From: Eledone cirrhosa
Taxonomy: Eukaryota
Length of the DNA stretch: 64,000 nucleotides
Assembly: GCA_964016885.1 (NCBI GenBank)
Contig: OZ024740.1
Span: 334,366,001 to 334,430,000, forward strand
Direction: 5' to 3'
Of this stretch, positions 1 to 11,899 are shown piece by piece (the stretch's first letter is position 1; each line of letters begins with the position of its first letter). Under the pieces are notes generated by a model. It saw only the letters and a list, made by a program, of their open reading frames with translations, did not search any database and was not told the DNA's origin. The position numbers and the translations under genes were made by a program.

Positions 1-451
1 TTCCCTTGTCCGCTTCCTTAATTACAATGTCCGGATTGTTTTTTAGTTCATGGATAATCTCCCATTCCCTTCGACTTGTGTTGGGTTTGGGTTTAGGTTG
101 CGGTAGTTCATGGTATGGGAAGGTAGCTATGTGGTCACAAAATTTGTCCAGAACTCTGTTTCTACCGTTTGTTGGGTTGTAGCTGCTTTTATTCCGTACA
201 ATTGATTCGTCGTTATTCTCCTTGTCAAAGAATTCCTCTGTGAGACGTAATTTTCTACAGAAGTGTGAGATATCGTCATTTATCTCGTTGGGGTTAGGAT
301 ATTGTGGTGTTGGTGTGAATTTCAGACCTTTGGAGAGAATTTTCACTTGTTGGGCTGAGAAGTTTCTATTTGAAATGTAAATTATTTTCGGTTTTTCAAA
401 ATCGGTTTGTGCCACCGGGTGTCGTGAGTCCTGTAGCCTTGGTCTAAAAAA
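1..451 (-). CDS. Penelope-like element reverse transcriptase, N-terminal part (continues off the window)
   Basis: Open minus frame missed by the ORF track: ...KIIYISNRNFSAQQVKILSKGLKFTPTP...FCRKLRLTEEF...WEIIHELKNNPDIVIKEADKG. The NxS, LSKGLKFxPTP and IVIKxADKG motifs are typical of PLE RT N-termini. Confidence 0.85.
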
Positions 452-870
452 TGATTTTTCTGGAATGTTTTTTCATTGGTATTATTATATCTAATGGTAT
501 TTCCCCTGTTGTTGTGTGGTCTTGTATAGAAGTTTCGGACGTATTGAGGTTCGGTTTGTTGATAGTCCGGGTTGTAGATTTGGTTCCTTTGTGTGGGTTG
601 GAATCTATGGTTTTGGAACAGGCTCTGTGTGGGCAGGGGTCTACGGTTTGGGAATAGGTTTTGTGTGGGTTGTGATCTGCGGATCAGGTCCTGCCTTGTG
701 TTCGGGGATCTTTGGTTTTTGTTAGTAGGGTTATAGTTTTGTCTATGGTTTCTGGGATTATCGTTATGGTTTTGCTGGGGGTATGTTGGACGTTTTGTTA
801 CTTTTTTTGTTATTTGTTGTGCATGTGGTGTGCATGTGGCGCGAAATTTGTTGTGCATGTGTTGTGCATG
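382..870 (-). CDS. PLE upstream ORF1, low-complexity N/Q/R/P-rich C-terminal part, overlapping the RT frame
   Basis: Part of ORF 382..1050. It overlaps the RT frame by ~70 nt in a -1 relationship; the portion above ~870 is antisense pLTR, not real coding sequence. Confidence 0.6.
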   Translation of the reverse strand, partial: HAQHMHNKFRATCTPHAQQITKKVTKRPTYPQQNHNDNPRNHRQNYNPTNKNQRSPNTRQDLIRRSQPTQNLFPNRRPLPTQSLFQNHRFQPTQRNQIYNPDYQQTEPQYVRNFYTRPHNNRGNTIRYNNTNEKTFQKNHFLDQGYRTHDTRWHKPILKNRK

Positions 871-871
871 T

Positions 872-1117
872 GGCGCGAAATTTATTATAATTATTGACAA
901 ACCAATCAAATTACCTGGTCTTCGAGCCAGTTTTTCCATATAAAACAAGTAACATTTAGAGACCAACCAGATGTGAGAAAAACCACAGACCCTCGATCTC
1001 AACTCACCTTTTGAAAAGCAGAAGAACTGCGAAACCGGTAAAGGAACCAAATAAATATATATATTTAAAAAAAAAATAAGACTTCAGTTGCATTTTCGAT
1101 TTCATCCCTTTTTCTTT
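872..1117 (+). mobile_element. Inverted pseudo-LTR (pLTR) of the Neptune-like PLE
   Basis: Near-identical to 37113-37372, which lies 3' of a GIY-YIG ORF. Here it is opposite in orientation to the adjacent ORF and ends in (TA)n. Confidence 0.8.
1007..1044 (+). ncRNA. Minimal type I hammerhead ribozyme (U3-A8 core variant)
   Basis: cctt-TTGAAAA-gcag(aagaa)ctgc-GAAA-ccgg-TA-aagg. Confidence 0.8.
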
Positions 1118-1199
1118 ATATATATATATATATATATGCCTGGCCGAGTCGGCCGAGATCGTCAAGTTGAAATCGGTCGTAAACTCGAGATCAGATATA

Positions 1200-1382
1200 A
1201 TATTTGTTTCTAATTTTGGTACAAGGCCAGCAATTATTCCAGTGCATTACTGGTACTTTATTTTATCGACCCCATAAGGATGAAAAGCAAAGTTAATCCC
1301 GGCCGGATTTGAACCCAGACCGTAAAGGGGCGTAACTCCATGCTGCAAACATAGCATCATACTCTCTAACGATACTGCCAAT
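1200..1382 (-). mobile_element. tRNA-derived SINE (family A)
   Basis: Matches the repeated consensus TGGCAGTATC...GTTCAAATCC...GCCTTTCATCCTTACGGGGTCGATAAAATAAAGTACCAG...GTAGAAACAATT. Confidence 0.85.
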
Positions 1383-1403
1383 ACAAACTACAGACACAGG
1401 AAG

Positions 1404-1885
1404 AACACTTTCTCCGCACAGACATTCGGCCATGGGCCAACCACTAACCATGACTTGAACTCAACATAGGGATAATCACCATTGCCTTACACACCGTCCC
1501 TCAGTACCATTGTTTTCTCTGTCATATTTTAACATCAAACCCATTGTAAGATCCGATCTTGTAAATGTCATGTCGCACTCAACAACCCCACCGCCAGCAC
1601 CAAACACATCGCCATACATCCACAACCATCAACATTACCAACACCTTCTCCGCCCAGACATTCGGCCATGTGCCAAGGACAAACCCTAGCTCGAACTCAA
1701 CATGGGGATAATCACATATAACTTACCACACCGTCTCTCATTTCAGTACCATTGTTTTCTCAGTCAGTTTTTAACTTGTAACCCATTGTAACATTCGATC
1801 CGGTAAATATCATATCGCACCTATCACCCCCACCACCACCATAAAACACAACGCCATACATCCACAACCATCAACCTCACCAACA
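1404..1885. repeat. Diverged tandem duplication, unit ~237 bp
   Basis: aacac(t/c)ttctccgc(a/c)cagacattcggccatg at ~1404 and ~1640, collinear downstream. Confidence 0.8.
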
Positions 1886-2415
1886 CATACCACATTTAAC
1901 ATCACACCCTAAACACCGCATGTGGGTGTGTCTGTGTGTACATATGTTTGTGCACTCGCCCACACCACGTATCCCCACTGGCTATAATATATACACATGA
2001 GTATGTATATAATATCTCAGTCTGGCTGCGTGAATATACGTGTCTATATGCTTTTACATACACTCTGATCATTAACTCCTTATAACATGAGCCCCCTTAA
2101 CACTATTAGTATCCACTACCACATATAACACCCCACCCTAAACACCGCAGCCTTCCATCCAGTATCATAAACAGCAACACCACCACACCCACACACTGTA
2201 AAATTCAGCCACATCTACATGCCAAACCGTCTATCGACAATCAGCACCTCTACCCCTACACCCACTTAAACATAAGCCCCATCACCACCAACCAATCACC
2301 ACACCCACCCACGCACATACACTACAGGCAAAAACATCCCTCTGAATGACCAACATAGGAACATCAGACTTTCTCATACGCCATGTACAATCATTTTTCC
2401 ATTACCATTGTAAGG

Positions 2416-2497
2416 GGTCTGACGAGCCGCAGATTGCAGAGTCGGACTAGATCGATACAGATCGAAGCTTGAGCGGATCAGTGGCGAAGGAGTAACC
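2416..2497 (+). ncRNA. Decayed hammerhead ribozyme in a PLE-type terminal repeat
   Basis: ggt-CTGACGA-gccgc...gtggc-GAAg-gag-TA-acc; the GAAA box and stem III are mutated. Confidence 0.45.
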
Positions 2498-3433
2498 AAT
2501 CGTACTTGTTTTATTTTATTTTACTATAATACACTGTCTAACTATACACCTCGACACAGAAGTGAACCTAAACATTGAGTATTCACCCGGAAGACCCTAG
2601 AGTAACTCCAAGTTACACTCCCTGGATATATATATATATATAAACAACTCATTTTGCATACCTGTTTCATTGAAAAAATGTTTGTTTTCTTTAATTTTAA
2701 GAGTATTACTATTGTATTGAAGTTACTCTAAGTAATATATGTTATACTGTTATATTCTTTGCACAATAGAGTGTAATGTGTTGTTTATTATATATAGATC
2801 TACATCAGGGGGAGGGGCTTTTCGGAGTTCCAGGGGAGCGTTTTGGAGCAAGTTAGGGAGGCATTTGAAGCTTTGGAGGCACTAGAGAGGCGCTGGAAGC
2901 CCCTTTAGTTTGGTAAGTTTTATAAGTCATATTTGTACGTATCTTCGACAGCCAGTTTGAATGCATTTGAATGAGAAAATGAAGGAAATAAAAAAAAGAA
3001 CCTTCTCAACGAATTACCTAGGGAGATAAAAGAAAGACAAAAGAAATCAAAGAAAATGAAAATAAGGTCGTCAACTTTGACAACAGTTACAAGAACAACT
3101 TCAAAAGAAACTACAACAAAAAGAAGCATACATACAACATACACACACATGCATACGTACATACATACAAACAAACATTCATACATACACACACATATAT
3201 AAAAACACAGGGCGGCGTTAGTGTTTGATGAGGTTAAAAATCCGGTCAGCGTTCAGCCAGAGCTGTGGTATTTAATCTGGAAACAACATTTTCTCCTTAC
3301 CAAAAAAATCCCATAAATCATGTCAACATCATTGCACAATTAAATATAAATGCAAGTATATATATATATAAATGTATAAATGCATAGCTATATACATACG
3401 TAAATGTATGTATGAATATATGTATGTATGTAG

Positions 3434-3469
<36 letters not shown>

Positions 3470-3938
3470 GGAAAAATTAAATTTCATTTCTCACTCTTAG
3501 TACGGCTGATACTTAAATATAAGTATGTATACGTACATACATATATGTATACAGACGTACAGTAGTATGTATATTCATACATACATGCACATATATCTAT
3601 GTACATATGGGTTTACCGAACATTTATTATAATGCTCGGTTTGTTTATAAACAAACAGCCCGAATTAGTAGCCGTACATTGTTCGGCAACCATCGTTGCC
3701 CTTTTTTTCAACACTGACTAAGGAACAATGAACTAGTTTCTAACTTATTAGCTGTCATCAGCATCGTATACCTTCCTGTCAGTCGATTGAACGTTTGACA
3801 CTATATACTTTCCTCATGCATATTAACGGCTGAGCAGCCTAATTTGCATATCAAGTGAGTTAGTCGGCCGGGTGGGAGAGCACTCAGTCCAAGGAACGAG
3901 TTAAGTAGAAGTGGTTACACAACAGTTAGTTCACCATA

Positions 3939-3978
3939 CCGAGAACAATTGTTTCACTTTAGAGGATCTTCAGCTCGG
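3939..3978 (-). ncRNA. Hammerhead ribozyme 3' of a Naiad-like endonuclease fragment
   Basis: Minus strand: ccgag-CTGAAGA-tcctctaaagt-GAAA-caattg-TT-ctcgg; stem II is weak. Confidence 0.65.
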
Positions 3979-4145
3979 GATGGGCATGGTTATAGGAACA
4001 GGAAGGACAACCGTACGAACGCGCATGCGCAGAAATCCGGTCACTTCACACAGGCAATACTAGACTGCGTGTGAGAGGTGTAAGGGAAATAACTGCGAAA
4101 GTCCGAAAAGTTTTAAAGTTCAAAATAAAATAAAATTACAAAGAA

Positions 4146-4385
4146 TCAGTCCGGAGCCTTGTAGTTATGTAATAGGTGTTTGGCGACGTGTGGACAACGT
4201 GTGAAAAATTCACTTCTCGTGTTTAGGCAATCACTATTGCGTAATCTCTTTAGAATAGTTATTCGTTCGTCAATACATAAGCCACACGTCGGCTTTCCCC
4301 TTACGTATGGCTTGGACTTAGTGATGGCTTTCCATCGGATGGAGTAGTCTGTACTTGAGTCCTTGAGTGACTATACGTGGCCCAC

Positions 4386-4388
<3 letters not shown>
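4146..4388 (-). pseudogene. Naiad-like PLE GIY-YIG endonuclease C-terminus, 5'-truncated
   Basis: [69 protein letters not shown]; CxLC..E, LNxRSE and CxH pattern; abuts (TA)n. Confidence 0.75.
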
Positions 4389-4435
<47 letters not shown>

Positions 4436-4472
4436 ATATTCATACATACACACATATATATATATATAAATC

Positions 4473-4551
<79 letters not shown>

Positions 4552-4852
4552 CTACATACATACATATACACATGCATACATTTACGTATGTATATAGCTA
4601 TGCATTTATACATTTGTATATATACATGCCTTTATATTTAAATGTGTAAGGATATATATATATATAATAATAAAGTATATATCCCTGCACGCAAAAAGCG
4701 TCCAGGGACACATGTATTGGCCAACCATATGCCCATGTGGTTCAATGGCATGTTAATAAATTAACGATCCAGAACATATATAATCAAGGTTTAGCAAATA
4801 AGAAAAAGTTTCAAAATAAATTTCAAAAAATGTCACTCTACTCACTATAGTT

Positions 4853-4939
4853 ACCTTTACCGAATCGGTTTCGAGTCTCAAAAATAAATGGACAGTCCTT
4901 GCGGCCTTCCATTGAAAAGATAAACTCTCGTCAGAAAGT
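4853..4939 (-). ncRNA. Hammerhead ribozyme, inverted copy of 5572-5658
   Basis: Reverse complement of the 5572 motif, with one G-U in stem I. Confidence 0.75.
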
Positions 4940-5204
4940 TCTTTTCACTCGGAGAATATAAAATTCCCGAGTTCAAATTACGACCTGGAGGTATTCAACA
5001 TTGTTCCCGAGATGAGAATGAATGATGTGGAAGCAATTCTGTCCAGTGCCGTGTGTAAAGATAGAAGCAGAGGCAGTGAGGTCAGTCTACTACCACTATA
5101 AATAGCAGCAGTGAAAACGACCAAATTTTATCTCGACCAAGAGGAGTTTAATAATAATAAAGTATATATCCCTACACGCAAAAAGCGTCCAACCATATGC
5201 CAAA

Positions 5205-5349
5205 TTACTGTTATTTTATCTTATCGACCCGGTAAGATGAAAGGCAAAGTTAACCTCGGCGGGATTTGAACTCAGAATGGAAAGGGCCGTAACTCTATGT
5301 ATCATAGCATGGCGTCCGACCCTCTACCGATACTGCCAATCCACCGCCA
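5205..5349 (-). mobile_element. tRNA-derived SINE (family A), lying between the inverted pLTR arms
   Basis: Consensus match including B box (gatttgaac on +) and A box. Confidence 0.8.
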
Positions 5350-5571
5350 TGAGATATATATTGATAATGGTATATAATGACTTTTATGCAGGGGTTCCCT
5401 GAGACAAGAAAACTATCTCAAGTGTTCCACAAAGATAAAACAAGTTTGAGAAACGCTAGTATAACCAACTCCTAACTTCATTCCTCACCACTCACATATA
5501 TGCTAAATGTCAAACAAATGTTTGACCTTGAAATGTTTGACCTTGAATTTTACATTCTCCGAGTGAAAAGA

Positions 5572-5658
5572 ACCTTCTGACGAGAGTTTATCTTTTCAAT
5601 GGAAGGCCGCAAGGACTGTCCATTTATTTTTGAGACTCGAAACCGATTCGGTAAAGGT
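5572..5658 (+). ncRNA. Type I hammerhead ribozyme with extended stem II
   Basis: acctt-CTGACGA-gagttt...atgga-aggcc(GCAA)ggact-gtccat...agactc-GAAA-ccg(att)cgg-TA-aaggt. Confidence 0.85.
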
Positions 5659-5714
5659 AACCATAGTCAGTACAGTGAAATTTTTTGAAACTTTTTCTTA
5701 TTTGCTAAACCTTG

Positions 5715-5763
<49 letters not shown>

Positions 5764-5971
5764 CTGTCTGTGTGTGTGTGTGTGTGTATAATATATATAT
5801 ATATTATACACACACACATACACACACAAATATCTATATGTATTTTCTTTTTTCACTCTGGTCTACCTCTGGTGGTGGGGTCCATACCGTAGATGGATCT
5901 CAATGTAATCTTCTAAAATCCAAAGAGAAGTTCTGTGTTTCGCTGAATTAATTCGTTTGATACAGAGTCAG

Positions 5972-6074
5972 ATATTAGGTATTATATTAACAATAAAAAT
6001 AAAAACAACAAAACAAAAACAAAGTTACAAAGTAACTTGACTTTTTTCTTTTTATTTTCATTGTTAATTTGATA

Positions 6075-6114
<40 letters not shown>

Positions 6115-6233
6115 GCGTGTGTGTGTGTGTTATCAAATTAACAATGAAAATAAAAAGAAAAAAGTCAAGTTACTTTGTAACTTTGTTTTTGTTTTGTTGT
6201 TTTTATTTTTATTGTTAATATAATACCTAATAT
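5972..6233. repeat. Fold-back inverted repeat centred on a CA/TA microsatellite
   Basis: Arms of ~105 bp (atattaggttattatattaac...gataacac / gtgttatc...aacctaatat) are reverse complements. Confidence 0.9.
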
Positions 6234-6234
6234 A

Positions 6235-6480
6235 TGCTTCCCAACCACATATTTCTGGGTTCAGTCCCACTGCCCGGGCCGACCAAAGCCCTGTGAGTGG
6301 ATTTGATAGACTGAAACTAAAAGAAGCCCGTCGTATATATATATATATATGTATGTGTTTGTATTTGCGTTTGTCTTTGCCCTCCCACCAATGCTAGTCG
6401 GTTTGTTGACGCCCTCATAACTTACCAAGGTGATGCTCCAGCATGGGCGTAGTCCAGAGACAGAATAAAAAGTAAAGTAT
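6235..6480 (+). mobile_element. Second SINE family (B), internally deleted
   Basis: tgcttcccaaccac...gggttcagtcccactgc (B-box-like), then ccgggccgaccaaagcc.tgtgagtggatttg...aagaagcccgtcg, resembling Octopus SINE bodies. Confidence 0.6.
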
Positions 6481-6602
6481 ATATGTGTGTGTGTGTTTAG
6501 AAGAGGGGGTCTCAAACTCAAGGACAGAAAAGGGCCATTGCGTCCTGGAGGAGAGGCACAGTGGGGAAAACGAGGTGGTTGGTGATGATTTTCACCAGTT
6601 AT

Positions 6603-6805
6603 AATCATTTCTACTATAGGCACAAGGCATGGAATTTAGGGTTTAGGGTCCCCTCGATTACATCGATCCTAGTACACGACTGGTACCAAAAGGATGAAAG
6701 GTAGAGTTGAGATCGGCGGAATTTGAACTCAGAACGTAAAAATGGAAAAAGGTACCGTTAAACATTTCGCCAGATATGCTAACGATTCCACCAGCTCACC
6801 GCCTT
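6603..6805 (-). mobile_element. Diverged tRNA-derived SINE (family A relative)
   Basis: ggatgaaagg...ggcggaatttgaactcagaacgtaaa...ctaacgattccaccagctcaccgcc. Confidence 0.7.
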
Positions 6806-6917
6806 ATTTTCACCTGTTATAATGCAATATGAAATATTGGTTCTACCACGGCCGACAGAAAAGTAGTTCGCGGGCTGCATGTTGAGCCCCCGGTTGGAGA
6901 TAGATAGATACATAGAT

Positions 6918-7310
6918 ATGTTTCTTTATTAGCCACAGAGGCACAAAAGAAGGGGACAAATACAAAGGGGGAAGTTTACATACAATAAAAACGTGTAAAA
7001 TATTATCACAAATGCAATTGAAAAGTTAATCGATTTTCCCCAATAGGGGGAGACATTTCATATGGGTAACACATACACCCGAAAAAAAATGTGAAACCCT
7101 CATCTCCAGGAGTACGAAGAGTTTGTACCCCTTTCCTCTCTTCCTCCTTTTCCTCAACCTACAGGCTGATATAGAGAGAAGGCCCATTCACTCGTGCCAT
7201 TCTCGCCACTTTCACCCACCTTTCATAAAACTTGCTGGGGTACAGCACCTCTCTGTCCGTCCTGATTCTTCTTCCAAAGTGGTATTTGGAAAAAAGAATC
7301 AGTTGTTGGA
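6918..7310 (-). mobile_element. 3' end of a Tx1/L1-type LINE
   Basis: LILFSKYHFGRRIRTDREVLYPSKFYERWVKVARMARVNGPSL followed by a 3'UTR ending ...ggctaataaagaaa next to (GATA)n. Confidence 0.65.
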
Positions 7311-7583
7311 TAAAGAGATAGATAGATAGACGTGTACCAAACACACACACATTTCTTACTCTCTCTGTCCCGCCCTCTTTCTATCCTCATTTATATATAA
7401 TATATATATATATATATATAATTATAAATTAGCGAGAATCGTATTTCGGCTATTGGAAATTAGCGAAAAACAACTTCCGAGATGTGTGGCAAGCGCTCTA
7501 TAGAAGCTAGTGAACTAGTGTTGAAACATCTGTGGCTTTTCTCACATCTGTGAGACAAACCACAGACCCTTCATCTCAACTCT

Positions 7584-7621
7584 ACTTTTGAAAAGCAGAA
7601 GAACTGCGAAACCGGTAAAGG
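7584..7621 (+). ncRNA. Minimal hammerhead ribozyme in a solo pLTR (same family as 1007 and 37262)
   Basis: ctt-TTGAAAA-gcag(aagaa)ctgc-GAAA-ccgg-TA-aag; flanks 7550-7695 match the pLTR. Confidence 0.75.
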
Positions 7622-8236
7622 AACCAAATAAAAGTATATTTTTTTTTTGAAATTAGACTCCAGTTGCATTTTCGATTTCATCTTTTTTTCTTTATACTTT
7701 CACTCGTGTAGGACACCTCGGTTATTTTTCATTTTGTAAAAAAAAAAAACAAAAAAAAACTCACTTACTAATATATATATATATACAAATGAATATATGA
7801 TAGGGATAAACACTGATACAAGTATGCATGTGTTTGCATTGCAAAGTTAGCTAGATTGAAAAATACTAATTAAAATAATACGGCTTGCCTGTCTCGATTT
7901 AAAATAATAAATCAATAAAAACAAATCTATATTGGCAATAGCTGTGATACCTGGACAAATTTAAATTTTAAACTTTAAATTTGTTTCGCAACAATAAAGT
8001 GAAATTTCCTGTTCCTGTGCTATTGCCAGGGAAAAAATCACCAGTGTATGGAATCTAAAACCTAAATAGTTATTTATTTACGCTTTAATTTATATTTTTA
8101 ATTATCGTGTCTATAGTCTGCCTTTCATAGTTTATAGATTCCATACACTGGTGTTTTTTCCCTGTTTTATTGATAGCGCACTGTATATCTCTCTCTGGTC
8201 TGTTACCTGTTCAACATATTGTATATATATATATAT

Positions 8237-8417
8237 ATTTTTATTTTATTTTATAGAAGGAGCTTCTACAGGACTAGTACTGTTTCATTCAGATGAAAAT
8301 GAAATAGTACTAGTCCTGTAGAAGCTCCTTCTATAAAATAAAACAATTTTACTCTGCCATGTATTGAGTACCTTACTAACTGTGGTTATCCCCGACTCAA
8401 CCCGGGACCTACGTATG
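8237..8417. mobile_element. Fold-back fragment of the Naiad-like pLTR (two half-hammerheads back to back)
   Basis: gaaggagcttctacaggactagtactgtttcatt and its inverse atgaaatagtactagtcctgtagaagctccttc; the tail matches 31850-31930. Confidence 0.75.
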
Positions 8418-8561
8418 TATATATATATATATATGGCGTTGTTATTTAGCGTTGTTGAAAAGAGCACTGGCCTTTGACCAGGTAATAAAAACTGGAGACA
8501 AAATTATTTCTATACCAAAATCAAGGCACACACACAAGTCTGTTTGTGTATGTATGTGTGT

Positions 8562-8628
<67 letters not shown>

Positions 8629-9044
8629 CGTTTATGTGCGCGCGCGTTTATGTGTGTGTGTGTGTATCTATCTATGTATAGTGATGCTGAAGTTGATGCT
8701 GTTGCGTTTGTTGATGTTATTGTTCCTGCTTTCGTTCCATCTTCTGGACAGCCGGCTTTTCATTTCAGCGGAAGATATTTTTCTGATTCACCATGCTTAC
8801 TTGTTAAAAAAATGAGAGGCATATTGGCGAAAAGAAACATAAAGTTTGCTCTTAAGGGCTCCATGTATTGATAAACCAACCGGTTCCCCCAAAACTTAGA
8901 CAGTTTATCCAGAAAGCTATGAATAATATTTAGAAAAAGTGGTTTTAAAAACCTTAAATAAACAATGAACTTAGTCAGCCGTGTATAATATATGGTGCGT
9001 ATATTTGTCGTTTTTACCTTGTTTAAAAACATTATTTGCTTTTA

Positions 9045-9425
9045 AGGACGGTGGATTGGCAGTATCAGTAGAGAGTCGGACGTCATGCTTTGACGCAAAG
9101 AGTTACGTCCCTTTACGATCTGAGTTCAAATCCCGTGAGGTTAACTTTGCCTTTCATCCTTACGGGGTCGATAAAATAAAGTACCAGTACTGGGTATTTG
9201 CTGGCCTTGTGCCAAAAGTAGAAAAAATGTTTAGGGCAATGGATTGGCAGTATCGTAGGGGGTCGGACGCCATGCTTTGACGCATAGAGTTACGGCCATT
9301 GCCATTCTGTGTTACAATCCTGCCGAGGTTAACTTTGCCTTTCATCTTTATGGGGTCGATAAAATAAAGTACCAGTAATACACTGGGTATTTGCTGGCCT
9401 TGTGCCAAAAGTAGAAACAATTATT
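9045..9425 (+). mobile_element. Two head-to-tail SINE A copies
   Basis: ggattggcagtatc at ~9053 and ~9241, each followed by the full body. Confidence 0.85.
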
Positions 9426-10129
9426 TGTTTTTAATGTTGTAATGTGTTGTAACTAAGTCGACCAACTGGCTTTTTAGTTTATAAATAAGATTCCTCTAGA
9501 AAATTACACAAATTCTTTAAAAAAAAAAACACGACAGATGGACAAAGGCCAATCACTAAATGGAACAACGAGTCAAACAGCTGAAAAACACATGAACGAA
9601 ATATAACAAGTCGAGCGCTCAACTTTGAAAGAAAGCAGCAATGTGGCTACAACTATCACCATGACCGGTACAACATCAAAACGAACGAACGCACCCAGGT
9701 ACGACAACACGACAAACACCACCAGTACCGCTAAAACAATGGAAAATAACAAGAATATCAATGACAATAACAGTATCCACAACACAAGTTGCAAAAACAA
9801 CACGAACAAAAAGAAAACAAAAGGCAACAACACAAAAAGAAAATGCTTTCGCACCAACGACAGCCAAAACAACAGAACATTTCAACATGAATATCACTGA
9901 GAAAGAAATGTGTTTCGCGCAAGTAGCCAACTTAATTAAAATGTAAAAGAATCCTGGCTAACATAAGCGTTCTCCCGAGGTTTTGGAAGTTACGGAGAGA
10001 TAAAAATTGATTTATAGGTTTTTTTGTATGAAATGAAAACAAAACAGATTTAGTGCCTCAATCGCATATAGAAACAGACTTAAGGGAAATCATTCACGAT
10101 ATACAACATGATGCAAAGGCCAAACAATT

Positions 10130-10450
10130 TGGGATGATTGCTGTGGACGAGAATTTGGAGGAAGAAACGAACAGAGTATATACTTTTACCAAAATTTGAG
10201 CTGAGGGAGGCTAAATCTGAAAGGTCAAACGAAGCTGGCAAACACTTACACCACATCCGACGTTTATTACAATCTTACCGCCATGCCATCCTCTTGTCAA
10301 CACCTTACCAAATTGCTCTTCAACGTTCATCTCTTGACAACACGCTGTAAGCCGAGTGCTGGGCATGCCCTGGCTGATGGTATCACAAAAATCTCTCGAG
10401 ATGTCTATATCTCCAGATATTTGTTCGTGCGAAACGCCTTTCCAGAGCTC
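10130..10450 (+). mobile_element. Decayed PLE endonuclease end with a decayed hammerhead (10370-10445)
   Basis: ...KSERSNEAGKHLHH-like peptide, then ctgg-CTGATGG-[hairpin]-GAAA-cgcc-ttt-ccag. Confidence 0.4.
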
Positions 10451-10489
10451 ATCTATTCGTGTTAGCTTCTATCGTAAGTCAAGTGGAGA

Positions 10490-11305
10490 TTGAGACAGGA
10501 TGCCAGGTATTTGGAAATTTGTCTAACTCTTAAACGTATATTACGAAATCTAACTAGGCAGTTCCAGAGTACTTTTGAACTGGGGATTTTGAACAATTCC
10601 CAAAATTCACAATCTTGTCAGTGCCACCGGAGAGGAATACCACTTCGAGACAAATTCTATAGACACGGAAGTACTATCAGAGAAAATTGTCCGAGACACG
10701 TTTAAGGTGATGAAAACGTTTTGCACGCAATCATCCATGACGTGTAGGATTGAGCCAATTATCAACCGACTAGTGAAAATCACCCCATCACATTTTTTTG
10801 GTCGAGAAAAGCAACTAGGTTTCCTCTTTGTGCTGGCCGTAATGAAAGCATTTATGTGCTGGGCGAGACGGAAATGACTGATTGCTGACAATTTTCTCTT
10901 CGAACAAGTACTCGTTAACGTTTTGAAGTTCCACTTGGAAAGTAAGTGTGGATGGAGAAGTGCTGCCCCCACCCCAGTTCATTTGTTGAAAGTTGGGGGA
11001 ATGTAGCAAGAATGACCCGAGTGGATGGGCATAATCCGACAATGCGACAGTAGTTTCGACAGAGTTTCGAGAGTTTAAGGGCACCTTCCTATGGTGCTGT
11101 TGGAGATTATGGTGGGTTAATATCTGAGAAGCTCCTGTTATCATTGGTTGGTGGCCCTACTATTTGTTAATTATTATTGTTATTATTTTATTTATTATTT
11201 TTATCTCTTTGCTTGCCCGTTTTGAATTTCTTCAGCTTTTTGTATATCCCCCTTGCCCTAGCTTTCGTACTGTCCTAGATATTTCGGCACTGTGACCAAT
11301 ATTTA
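10490..11305 (+). mobile_element. Decayed Tx1/L1-type LINE 3' end
   Basis: CHRRGIPLRDKFYRHGSTIRENCPR (zf-RVT-like) and ...FLFVLAVMKAFMCWARRK...VLKFHLESK, homologous to the 7.2-kb fragment. Confidence 0.55.
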
Positions 11306-11899
11306 AATAATAAAAATAATAATAACAATTATTTCATTATTGATGATATTTTTGTTGTTAAGTAATAGGATTAACGTACACAACTATATTCCTTTTCCAA
11401 CATTTAAGAACTTCTGCAAAGGTTATATTTGATTATTTATATGTGAACGTAGAAATAGAAGTAGAAATAGAAAGCGGGAAAAATATTCATTAAAAAGTAA
11501 TTCATTCAATGAATAGAACATACAATAACATATTCAGAAAATGTTCGCTTTCTAGGGAGAATTACATTACATTAGAACTAATAAAATTAAAGACACTCCT
11601 ATTTTTTTATTTAATCCGTTAAGAATTATATTATCTCGAAACTAATATTAAAGGCAGCATTAAACAAATTATAAATTGCATCGGAAATCACCAATAGATT
11701 AAAATGAATAATTCAGAACCATCAAATATAATATGATAGTTAACAGATGTTAGTAAATTGACAATTGAGACGTGCCCAATTAAAAGAATTACGATACATT
11801 GTAGGCTAAGAGGAGAAATGTTAAAGAGAAACGCAATTCAATCTTATGAAGATATGATCAGTCAAAACCACAGAAATGAATAATAGATTAAACTTTCCT

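Noticed and set aside
871-1050. N-terminal part of ORF 382..1050
   Set aside because: It is the antisense of the pLTR found at 37113-37372, fused by an inversion.
4146-4388. Selenocysteine recoding as reported for some Naiad elements
   Set aside because: The internal stop is TAG at a probable Trp position, not TGA at a Cys, and no SECIS was recognised.
9573-9946. Overlapping N/T/K-rich and hydrophobic ORFs (similar ones at 49409-50237)
   Set aside because: Degenerate AAC-rich low-complexity sequence open in several frames.
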